Shown: positions 1 to 12,150 of the stretch, piece by piece
How positions within the stretch are numbered: position 1 is the first letter of the stretch
How the letters are laid out: every line of letters begins with the position of its first letter
Origin: Octopus vulgaris
Lineage: Eukaryota
Assembly (NCBI GenBank): GCA_951406725.2
Contig: OX597828.1
Coordinates: 34,906,001 to 34,970,000 of the forward strand
Direction: 5' to 3'
DNA length: 64,000 nt
Notes under the pieces: generated by a model
What the model was told of the DNA's origin: nothing
The model's input: only the letters and a program-made list of their open reading frames with translations
The model's database searches: none
Position numbers and translations under genes: made by a program

Positions 1-250
1 GTGAGTGGATTTGGTAGACTGAAACCGAAAGGAGCCTATCGTATATATATTTGTGTGTCTGTGTTTGTCCTTCCAACATCGTTTGACAACCGATGCTGGT
101 GCGTTTACGTCCCCGTAACTTAGTGGTTCGGCAAAATTAATCGATAGAATAAGTATTAGGCTTACAAAGAATGAGGCCTGGGGTCGATTTGCTCGACTAA
201 AGACGGTGCTCCAGCATGGGCACAGACAAATGACTGAAACAAGTAAAAGA
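1..250 (+). mobile_element. SINE family B (central microsatellite type), 3' part; 5' end lies outside the window
   Basis: Matches the bodies at 30887-31290 and 54010-54410 (gtgagtggatttggtagac...ggggtcgatttgctcgactaaag...tgactgaaacaagtaaaaga). Confidence 0.85.
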
Positions 251-559
251 AAAGCAAAAAAGAAAAAAACTATAGAACATCTATAGCTACGCTACCTAAT
301 GTGTTCTTCATACATTGGTGTGATTTGAGTGAGATTAGACTGCTAATTCTAGCAACAAATATGGCTGAAACCACCTCAGTGATGCGCTTCGAAAACCTTC
401 CATCATGCGAAAATTTCCATGCTATCAGAACACGAAAATTCCCTTTAGGTGTGTTTAAAACCTCAGTGAAGCATCTTATATTCTATATAGAAATACCGTA
501 AGATATAACTCACGTTTCGCAATGCGTTGGAAAGTCTCGATCAACAGAGCTTCCAAGCA

Positions 560-2010
<1,451 letters not shown>

Positions 2011-2409
2011 GCTCGACACTTGACGAATTGCAAACATGTCCATAACTGTTTGTAAATGTGGATGAGTAGATAATTTATAGATCTACTACAATGGCTTAAA
2101 ATAGTTAACCGTTCTTCAGTGTATTCTGTTTGTCTCTTGAGAGTAACTGTGGCAACTGCTTCTGTTTGCATTCTTTGATTCCGTTTTGTGGCATTTGTCA
2201 GTCAGCGTAGAGAAGGAACTTACTAAACACTATATTGGTATCTTCTGTTTTATGATTTGTTTCTGTTTCATTTTCGCAGAATTGATTCGTAAACCCTATG
2301 ATACAACCAATCCTCAATTAATACTATTTCGAATAATGCGTAGTGGATTCGATAAGAGAGTTTGTAAACTAGAAGATAGAGAAACAAACAGGAACTACGT
2401 AAAGTAGAA

Positions 2410-2592
2410 AGGTCGTGAATGGTGTCAATGGAAAATGAGGGTACGAATGTCGAATCAGACTGCAAATGGCGAATGAGGTGGTGAATGGTGAACGAGGTTG
2501 CCAATGGCAAATGAGGGTACGAATGTCGAACGAGACTGCAAATGGCGAATGAGGTCGTGAATGGCGGAGGAAGTTGCGATTGGCGAATGAGT
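2410..2592 (+). repeat. Diverged 19-bp-unit tandem array with 76-bp higher-order period
   Basis: gagggtacgaatgtcgaa recurs at 2437 and 2513; units are related to gcgaatggcgaatgagact. Confidence 0.8.
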
Positions 2593-3363
2593 TTATAGTG
2601 ACTTCATTGAGGCATAAAGCAGATTCGAATCTGAATCTACCCTTAACATTTCGACAGCACTTTTCTCACAGAGAAACAATGGTTGGCAGCAAGTTATATT
2701 TAACATATAGCTTTGCTAAGCCGATTCATGTCTTTGCTACTTGACCATCCTAACTTCTAGGCCACGAAAAGTTAGAATTGAGATAACGAAATCTATTGTT
2801 CTCAACAATATCTCTCTCCTTCTAGCTGGGTTTGGATAACTATAAGTACAAGAACTCCGTAAGCCAAAGTCTGTTAGTAAGAACCGAGTCTGGCTAACCG
2901 GCTAAACGAAACGCCATCTTTGAAGAAGACGGCAAAAAGAGACAACTATGGTAACTCACCAACGAAGCAGTTGTTTGGCCCCACCACTCCCACTTTCACT
3001 AACTCACTTGCTTTGCTCTACAACATTACTCTATCTTTATCTGTGGTTTACTACTACACAATGACGAGAACACAAACACACTATATAAGGAAAATCTACG
3101 ATATCTCTCTTTACTTCGCATGCTTTACCAATTTATCATATCAGCCCGTCGTGGTTTTGGCTATATACAAAGTAACGGTAAATAAATGTTTGTTTACAAC
3201 TTCGATCACTGTTCTTCTGTCATCTTGCACATTTGCAACATCTGCACTCGTTACAATTGGCAACCAACGCCTACTTCATACCGTTACAAAAGTTCACTTC
3301 CGAAGCATTATTGCTCATCGATTACAACTGCTAAAACCACCTAATTTACCGTTACAAGGTCTT

Positions 3364-3843
3364 GAATGGCGAAAGAGACTGCGAATGGCGAATGAGATTG
3401 CGAATGGCGAATGGCGAATGAATCTGCGAATGGGGAATAAGACTGTGAATGGCGAATGAGACTGCGAACGGCGAATGAGACTGCGAATGGCGAACGAGAT
3501 TGCGAATGGTGAATGAGACTGCGAATGGCGAACGAGATTGGGAATGGCGAATGAGACTGCGAATGGCGAATGAAACTGCGAATGGTGAATGAGACTGCGA
3601 ATGGTGAATGAAACTGTGAATGGCGAACGAGATTGGGAATGGCGAATGAAACTGCGAATAGTGAATGAGACTGCGAATGGCGAATGAAACTGTGAATGGC
3701 GAATGAGACTGCGAATGGCGAATGAAACTGCGAATGACGAATGAGATTGGGAATGGCGAATGAGATTGGGAATGACGAATGAAATTACGAATGGCGAATG
3801 AATCTGCGAATGGCGAATGAATCTGCGTATGGTGAATGAGATT
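3364..3843 (+). repeat. Minisatellite, about 25 copies of a 19-bp unit, consensus GCGAATGGCGAATGAGACT
   Basis: Directly visible; the ORF at 3352-3912 is its translation. Confidence 0.95.
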
Positions 3844-4742
3844 TCTTTTTACACGAATGACTTGTTCTTTAACCTTAATAATTTCACTAAGCACCTTCAA
3901 ATCAATTTTCAAAAAACCTCAGCAAAAAACCACTTCAACATCTTTGTTTTCACCTAATAACGCCTTCAAAACATTTCAGCTTTTGTAAGTCACTGAGGCG
4001 AGGACACGATGAGAAGTGTCAACAACTGTTTCTTGAAATTTTTATTGCACACTTTCACGGGGTTGAAACACATTGCCATATTTTTTATATGCTATACTAA
4101 ATCCGAACTGTGAGAAATCTAATTAGTACGATTCATTTTCTTATAACATTAATTATTCGAGTTGATTAAGGCTGAGCTGAACATGAGTGCATATATTTGT
4201 GTGTGTGTGTGTGTATACGAATGTGTGTGTGAATGTGTGTGTGCGTGTGTATGAGAGAGAGAGTGTGTGTTTGTGTGTGTATCTGTTGCGAAAATCAAGG
4301 AATTGTTAACACGTTCGCTTCACAATCACGGGTTCTTAGATTCGAATCTGTGTTTTCTGATACTACGCGCAAAAAGCTCTCTACTAAAGCAGCGGTTTGG
4401 TCTGAGTATTATGACTCAAATTAGACTGAAAATTCTACTGAAGTCCATCAAATAGACTTCATCTGTTCTTGGGGTGACTATCTTAACTGTTGCTCAATTT
4501 AAACATTACAACAAGGGTCTTTGGCGTGTTTAGCAGAATCCACTTCGCAGGAAGCATTCCGACCATGTTCTACTACATGAAGAAAAAGAAAAAAGCTGCA
4601 GGAAAGACTGTGCAGTACGAAGCTTGTTTCCCAACCTCATGGTTAGGCAAGTATATTGTACTTTGGTCAGCCTCGGCCTGACGAAAGCCTTGGGAATGAA
4701 TTTGGTTACCGGACACTGAAACAAGTCACGCAGTATATGTAT

Positions 4743-4935
4743 AGGCGCAAGAGTGGCTGTGTGGTAAGTAGCTTGCTTACCAACCACATGGTTCCGGGTT
4801 CAGTCCCACTGCGTGGCACCTTGGGCAACTGTCTTCTACTATAGCCTCGGGTCGACAATTGCTCAAGGTGCCACGCAGTGGCACTGAAGCCGGAACCATG
4901 TGGTTGGAAAGCAAGCTTCTTACCGCACAACCACT

Positions 4936-4937
<2 letters not shown>
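4743..4937. mobile_element. Two SINE family B heads in inverted orientation (4743-4856 plus, 4859-4937 minus)
   Basis: gagtggctgtgtggtaag...ggttccgggttcagtcccactgcgtggcaccttgggcaa followed by its reverse complement. Confidence 0.85.
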
Positions 4938-5023
<86 letters not shown>

Positions 5024-5294
5024 ATTTCAGAGTTATTATTTTGCCACATTCTGTCAACCAAGGGTAACGTTTTAAGTGTGAATGTATCCGTGGATTACTC
5101 AGCTTGAGATACTCATCATCGTAATCGACGAAGGACCTTTTCGTTTAACTATTTTTACCATCTATGTAAATATATATATATATATATGAAAATATACGTA
5201 AATATGATTTAGATTCGAAGCCAAAATATGTTTGGGTGTTGATAGTGAATAAGAGAAGTACCGAAATATCTTTGGTGCAAGCGGCCAGAACTAT

Positions 5295-5368
5295 GATAGA
5301 GATGATGATGATGATGATGATGATGATGTAGAGGTGAGGATGATAGAGATGATGATGACGATGAAGAC

Positions 5369-5413
<45 letters not shown>

Positions 5414-5539
5414 ATAGAAATGTTGAAGATGACGATGGAGATTGCATAGATGATGACGATTGCGTAGATGATAGTGATAATTGTATAGGCGATGATGATT
5501 GCAAAGATGCTGCCGCTACTGCTCCTGCTGCTGCTGCTT

Positions 5540-5570
<31 letters not shown>

Positions 5571-5625
5571 TTCTGCTGCTTCTTCATCTGCTGCTGCTGA
5601 TGATGATCATGATCATGATGATATA
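5295..5625. repeat. (GAT)n and (GCT)n triplet microsatellites
   Basis: Directly visible. Confidence 0.95.
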
Positions 5626-6296
5626 CGAGTTATAATCAACAATGAAATTCTTCTGGTCTAGACGAGAGAGAGAGGGAGAGACAGAAAGGGAGGGAATAAC
5701 AGAAGGAAGGAGGGAGAGAGGGAGAGGGAGTGAGAGAGACAGAGAGAAAGGGAGTGAGAGAGAGAGAGACTGAGAGAGAGAGAGAGGGAGTTTGTCAAAG
5801 AAGCCGCTGCAGTGCTGTCGTCGTCATGTTGAAATTCTAATTCGTACATGGCTTCACCATACTTATCTATAGAGTTCTAAATTCTATGTAGTCTAACAAA
5901 TATCTATGTTTGTTTCCTGAATGTCTCTCCCTATATTAGATTTGCATTGGTCTTCAGTTTTCTCGTTTGTTTGCTTGTCGTTACTTTTACTCTTACACCT
6001 ATGCATATCTTTTTATTAATTTTTCACCAATGTTGCATACGCCGCGAATGTTGCGAATGCTGCGAACGTTGCGTGTGTTGCAAACGGCGAAGAACGTTAT
6101 GACGGTTATAGCTTAGAAGAGAAAAGTACGCCAATTTAGTTTATAGTTCCTCTGTGTGTGTGTTGGCATCTGGTGATGGAAGTATATCCTTGACGAGCTT
6201 GCTGTCGGCGAAGCTTTTACATCTTGTGTGTTCTCGCCTTTCTAAGCTGTCCTTCATTGAAATCGTCCCTAGTCCTCGTAGAGTGGAACTTATTAA

Positions 6297-6543
6297 CCCA
6301 TTCATGCCGAAATTTTTTGCTAGCGAATGAAATTGCCTGAAAATTCGCAGATACTATCATTTTGACCTAAATAACAACTGAAAAATATTTCATTTAAATC
6401 CATTTGATATAGACTGCATATGCGTTAAGAACATGTTTCATTCTTTGGCACAGATCATACACAAATCACAATTTTTATCAAGTATTTGTTTTATACCCTT
6501 ATGAATTAAGTGTCAGTTTAAACAAACGATCAGCATGAATGAG
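6297..6543. mobile_element. piggyBac-type non-autonomous element (MITE)
   Basis: TTAA|CCCATTCATGCCGA ... TCAGCATGAATGAG|CTAA: 14-bp imperfect TIR starting CCC, with TTAA-like TSD. Confidence 0.65.
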
Positions 6544-6646
6544 CTAATGTTTTCTCGGTTTCTCGGATTATGGTGATTTCGTAGTTTATATTACACCAAA
6601 CATTGATAGTGCATGGTTGTTCTTCAACGATATTCTAATTGTAAAA

Positions 6647-6869
6647 AGGCGGCGAGCTGGCAGAAACGTTAGCACGCCGGGCGAATTTCGTCTGCCGCTA
6701 CGTTCTGAGTTCAAATTCCGCCGAAGTCGACTTTGCCTTTCATCCTTTCGGGGTCGATTAAATAAGTACCAGCTACGCACTGGGGTCGATATAATCGACT
6801 TAATCCGTTTGTCTGTCCTTGTTTGTCCTCTCTGTGTTTAGCCCCTTGTGGGTAGTAAATATAAATAGG
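6647..6869 (+). mobile_element. SINE family A (tRNA-derived head, Meta-domain-like core) with 13-bp TSD
   Basis: A-box-like tggcagaaacg, B-box gagttcaaattcc, core gtcgactttgcctttcatcctttcggggtcga; TSD tattctaattgta at 6631-6643 and 6870-6882. Confidence 0.9.
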
Positions 6870-6991
6870 TATTCTAATTGTAGCTAGGGAAATACTTGTT
6901 GAAGGGTTTCTGGCTTACGGAGGTTTTATTGCATGTGTATATATGTATAATGTATGTACATGTGTATATATATTTTCTTATGTATATATAT

Positions 6992-7376
6992 TTACCTCCG
7001 CCAACGAAGGAGGTTATGTTTCCATCGGCTTTGGTTTGTCCGTCTGTCCGTCTGTGTGGAAAATAACTCAAAACGTTGTGAATGGTATTTGATGAAACTT
7101 TCAGGAAAAGTTGGTAATGACACAAGGAATAGATGATGAAATATTAGTAGTGATCCGAATATTTTTATGGATTCTTGAAGGATTTCTCATTTGTTAAATT
7201 TACTTTACAAGAAGTATTACAATGTTACGTTCTTTGCTTATCTCCCTTGAAAACACGTACATCGTTTCCACGTAACCTATGGTGGCGTTGCTGTTTTCAA
7301 AGTTTATTTTCGTTTCTCTATTTGTAATTTTACTCGCGTATCTATCTTAAAATGAGCTGCTTGGCAGAAGTCAGCG
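6992..7376 (+). mobile_element. Helentron-associated non-autonomous element (HINE / DINE-1-like)
   Basis: T-run then subTIR acctccgccaa, nearby partial inverted ggaggt, (gtcc/gtct) micro-repeat, and 3' subTIR ttggcagaagt at 7361. Confidence 0.6.
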
Positions 7377-7385
7377 GAGGATGAC

Positions 7386-7504
7386 ATGACAAGCCTTGAC
7401 TATTGGGATCAACTCAAAACGCTCAGGCTTTGCTCCCTCCACTGCCGTTGGGAGCTCTATATCATCTGTATGATGTGGGAAATATTCCATCAACATTGCC
7501 CATG
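7386..7504 (+). pseudogene. CR1/L2-group LINE ORF2 C-terminal fragment
   Basis: Manual translation MTSLDYWDQLKTLRLCSLHCRWELYIICMMWEIF resembles the LSYxERLxxLxLxSLExRRxR motif of CR1-group ORF2. Confidence 0.6.
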
Positions 7505-7844
7505 AAATAACAGCTAAAATTTCCCCCGGTATCTCGGGTACTTTCATTGGTTTCTACTAACAGCATGTTTTCATTCTTCTCAAATGTTTTCATTCCACCA
7601 ACGTTAAAACGTTTATTTGATGACAAACAACAAGGTTTTCATTTCATACCTGAATATGAAGAAGAAACTGCAAATGCGAGGTGTCAACCGTCTTCACCGA
7701 GAAATGTTTTTCATGTTATTTCATTGCTAAAAACACACGTTTCTCACTCAGGGACTTTGTTGCATTGTACACTTCTCCTTTCTTTTTCCTGTTTTGTTTT
7801 TGTTTTTGGTTTTCCCTCTATTTCGCACCCATTCTTTATCCTTG

Positions 7845-8290
7845 TGCCTCCTCCTCCTCCTCTCTCTCTCTCTCTCTCTCGATTATACACCCTTTAAATT
7901 TTCTGCTATTGAAATACTCCCCTCTTTTTCTCTCTCTCCATCTCTCTCTTCTTCTTCTTCTTCTTCTTCTTCTTCTTCTTCTTCTTCTTCTTCTTCTTCT
8001 CTCTCTCTCTTCTTCTTCTTCTTCTTCTTCTTCTTCTTCTTCTCTCTGTCTGTCTCTCTCTTCTTCTTCTTCTTCTTCTTCTTCTTCTTCTTCTTCCTCT
8101 CTCTCTCTTCTTCTTCTCTCTCTCTCTCACTCTCTCTCTCTCTCTCTTCTTATTCTTCTTCTCTCTCTCTCTCTCTTCTTCTTCTTCTTCTTCTTCTCTC
8201 ACTCTCTCTCTCTCTCTTTCTCTGCAACTCTCTCCCTTTCTTTCTTTGTAATTCTCTCCCCCCTCTCTCTTTCTATTTCTCTTTCTGTTA
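7845..8290. repeat. (CTT)n/(CT)n polypyrimidine tract
   Basis: Directly visible. Confidence 0.95.
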
Positions 8291-8783
8291 CACTTGCCCA
8301 CTTAAATCTAAGTGCCATTTAGATTATCTTCTGAAATAGCTGAGTATTATATAAAGAAATGCCTTTGATCATAAATCCAATAGATCATAGCTGACCAGGG
8401 GCTAAACAACAACAAAACAACAACAAAACAATGACAACAACACTGGAATGTAAATAGGAGAAGGTCTAGAAATCTCGATGCCAATATGGCTTTTAGTGAA
8501 TTCTTCTTCAGAAAGAAGAGAGGAAACATGTCTTACAAGCAAAAAACAACAACAACCAAAAGTAAAGAATGCTGTATGAAGATGAAAGATGTGATGGGCA
8601 GTTGTGACGTTGATGATGGTGGTGGTGATGATGGTGGTGATGGTAGTTGTGGTAGTGTTGGCAGTGTGGTGGTGGTGGTGGTGGTGTAGGAATAGCTGTC
8701 CTGGTTCAATTGCACATGCTGGAAAAGAGATGGATGTTCGATCGATCTACTCATATATACTCATACACACCCATGTAAATACT

Positions 8784-9000
<217 letters not shown>

Positions 9001-9046
9001 TATATATAATTATTGTTATTATTACTTTATTTTAACTATTATTATC

Positions 9047-9440
9047 ATTATTAAGTTTGAAAACGGAGATATCTAATGGTTACAAATTAATTTATTAATT
9101 AATTAACATATTCATCTGCAATTGTTTCGTTTCATAACCAAAATTAAAACTGCAAAACATATATAAATATGCAATTTTGCATTTGAAAATACCTTGGATA
9201 GAAACTCATCAGGGTGTATAAAGGACAATACAAGTGTTACATTGGAATACTGATAATATATAATCATGTTTATTATGTGTGTGTATATATATATATATAT
9301 GAGTGCAATCTTATATATTTATATTTGCTTTGTAGCTTTATTTTTGGTTGTGAAATGAAACAAGTGTAAGTGAATATGTTAATAGTTAATTAATTAATTT
9401 GTATCCATTAGATTTCTCTGTTTTCAAACTTTATAATAAT
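9047..9440. mobile_element. Inverted repeat (arms about 9047-9170 and 9316-9440) overlapping a hammerhead-like motif; probable Penelope-like pLTR remnant
   Basis: Arms align by eye with scattered mismatches; minus strand reads cacc-CTGATGA-gtttc...gaaac-GAAA-caattg. Confidence 0.55.
9113..9216 (-). ncRNA. Type I hammerhead-ribozyme-like motif with long stem II loop (decayed)
   Basis: CTGATGA core, 5-bp stem II gtttc/gaaac, GAAA, palindromic caattg; the plus-strand arm copy keeps the GTA triplet (gaaacaagtgta). Confidence 0.55.
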
Positions 9441-10234
9441 ATTTGATATTTTATATTTTATATGATAAATTCATTTGATTGAACGTCACGCATCCATTTC
9501 CTGTTAAACTTAATACTTTTGATGCGACTCTATACCGTTCTCTTTTCCTATCCCTTTCTCTCTCATCCTTTCTCTAATTCCATTATTTCTCCCTTTCACC
9601 GTTTTCAATCTCTCTTCATCTCTCTCCCTCTTTCTCATTTACTACTTCCCGTTGCTCACACGTGAACATCGTCCATCTTTCTTTTCCTCACGTGATCATC
9701 TTTCTCTTCCTTCAGGGCTGTCGTAAAGACTGCACGAATCCTATCTATCTATTTATCTCTTCTATATTTTCTCATTTAAAAGAAAATATTTCAGCGTTCG
9801 CCATTTTACTTTCGTCTGGCCTAACGACCCTCCATGTTTGTTTTCGGTCGGTTTCCTTGTATGTCTCCACTGTCCTGTTTTTGTTACCAGCTTTGACCCT
9901 CCATAAATCCCAAAATATAATTTAGCTTTTGTGCGCAACTGCTTTCGAAGACTCATATTGTCGTTCAATACCCGAAATGAGGAGCAGATGGACAGCCAAC
10001 AAATGATGAAGGGTCGTTCTTTATGTTACTTGTCCCGTTTTCCATTTGTTTCTCTCGTTTGCATATTCAACTCAATGGTTTTCGTATTTCATGTCGTTTA
10101 CGGTTCGTGATGTCCCGCACCTATATATATATATATATATATATACGCATGTATATATTATTTACATTATATATATATACATATATATACATTCATATAT
10201 ATATACATACATATATATACATATGATAAGACAT

Positions 10235-10288
<54 letters not shown>

Positions 10289-10594
10289 GACAGACAGATA
10301 GACAGAGAAAATATATATGCATATACATATAGATATTTAGGCATACAAGTATACGTACAGAGAAATATCTACACACACACATACACTCACACGCACACAC
10401 TCATATGCATACAGATAAAGAGGATCGCCAACAATAATTAATTAAATATTTGCTAATATATTCCCTAAGAGACACGAGCAGGAATATATTAGCGCTGGCA
10501 AAGCCTCGAGACATTCATTAGCTATTTACAGCTTTGAGTAAGTGTGTTGTGAGTGTGTGTGCGCGAGTGTATAAGTGTGTGTTTGTGCCTCTGT

Positions 10595-10646
<52 letters not shown>

Positions 10647-10846
10647 GTGTGTGTAAGTGTGTGTGTGTGTGTTTCTCCTATTGATGAGACACATTTCGAA
10701 CACAAGTATCCAAGACTGGAACAATCGTGTGCAACTGTCCATGATTTTGTAAGTAAATTGAAAATACTATATACGCCGCCATTTTGATACACGCTGTACG
10801 AGTTGGGCACACACACACAGACATACAAATACAGAAGAAGTGGTAT

Positions 10847-10892
10847 GACAGTGACTTTGAAGTTTCGGCCAGCAAGCCTTCATCTAACTGTC
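10847..10892 (-). ncRNA. Type I hammerhead-ribozyme-like motif (decayed core)
   Basis: gacagt-tagatga-aggcttgctggcc-GAAA-cttcaaag-TC-actgtc: perfect 6-bp stem I, GUC triplet, core mutated from CTGATGA. Confidence 0.6.
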
Positions 10893-11031
10893 TAACCAAA
10901 GGAAGCCGAAACTTCGTATCACCTCTTTTTTGTAACACTAATCGTAATAGTAGTAGTATTAGTAGCTTAGCAGCAGCAGCAGTATTAGTAGTGGTAGTAG
11001 TGGTGGTTGTGGTGGTGGTGATGATAGAAGT

Positions 11032-11106
11032 ACTGTATACATACACACTGTATACATACACACTGTATACATACACACTGTATACATACACACTGTATAC
11101 ATACAC
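11032..11106 (+). repeat. 15-bp minisatellite, 5 copies (actgtatacatacac)
   Basis: Directly visible. Confidence 0.9.
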
Positions 11107-11228
11107 ACACATACCTGCTCATATATTAATGTTTGTTTTTATATTTTTTAAAAAATTACATTAAATTAAAAGATTACTCAATACATTTGGTAGAGTATGA
11201 ATTTATTATTCTTTAATAAGAATTGTAC

Positions 11229-11277
11229 TGACAGTGACTTCGGAGTTTCAATCAGATAAGCCATCATCGGATTGTCA
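11229..11277 (-). ncRNA. Type I hammerhead-ribozyme-like motif, paralog of 10847-10892 (decayed)
   Basis: tgacaat-ccgatga-tggcttatctgatt-GAAA-ctccgaag-TC-actgtca. Confidence 0.55.
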
Positions 11278-11280
11278 TGC

Positions 11281-11353
<73 letters not shown>

Positions 11354-11628
11354 TTTCACGCGCGCGCACACACACACATACACACACACGAACTCTTACA
11401 CATTCACATGCCAGGATATCTATGTATAACTGGGTGCTGTTTCGTTTCTTACATTAAAAAGTTCCTTGATATTTTTGATAATTTTTTTTAAACAACGCGG
11501 AATCGATATCATGTGATATAATTTATATCCTGTTAACATGACTTTATCTGACAAATAACAAAGTCCTACCCTGACGTAAATGTCAAATAAATTCACACAG
11601 GAATTTACTAATCCTTCTCTCTCTTTCC

Positions 11629-11673
<45 letters not shown>

Positions 11674-11746
11674 TGTATATATATATATATATATACTCAC
11701 ACACACATATATATATATCCATATATATACATACATATATACATAC

Positions 11747-11781
<35 letters not shown>

Positions 11782-11790
11782 CATATATAT

Positions 11791-11834
<44 letters not shown>

Positions 11835-11928
11835 CGTGTTTCTTTTCATCTCGAGTTACAATAAAAACAATTATACATTAAACTGTACGATTAGTCATCA
11901 CCTTTTGTTGACTACATATTTGTTATTC

Positions 11929-12027
11929 TTTCAAAAGAACAGCGTTAGAAGTGACTTTGAAGTTTTCGCTGATGAAGGCTAAGGAGGCCGAAACTTCGTG
12001 ATCTCTCTGAACGCTATTCTTTTAAAA
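11929..12027. ncRNA. Short inverted repeat enclosing a plus-strand hammerhead-like core (11969-12003)
   Basis: CTGATGA-aggctaaggaggcc-GAAA-cttcgtg-ATC; flanks aaaagaacagcgtt and aacgctattctttt are inverted. Confidence 0.55.
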
Positions 12028-12039
12028 TCATTTTTTTCT

Positions 12040-12150
12040 CTTAATTCTTTCTGCTGAAGAGCGTAGGCTCGTAATGTAAAAGACATTGTTATTTTCCCGA
12101 GTGTCAAACTATTACACTTGCTTGTTGTCCATATACTTGTCCTTATTGCT
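12040..12150 (+). mobile_element. Penelope-like pLTR-type fragment with minimal hammerhead-like motif (12046-12083)
   Basis: tcttt-ctgctga-agagcgtaggctc-gtaa-tgta-aaaga; homologous over about 100 bp to 60631-60790 (minus). Confidence 0.5.

Noticed and set aside
3352-3912. 186-aa repetitive ORF, and possible CRISPR-like array
   Set aside because: The unit is 19 bp (not a multiple of 3) with no unique spacers and no cas genes; it is a minisatellite
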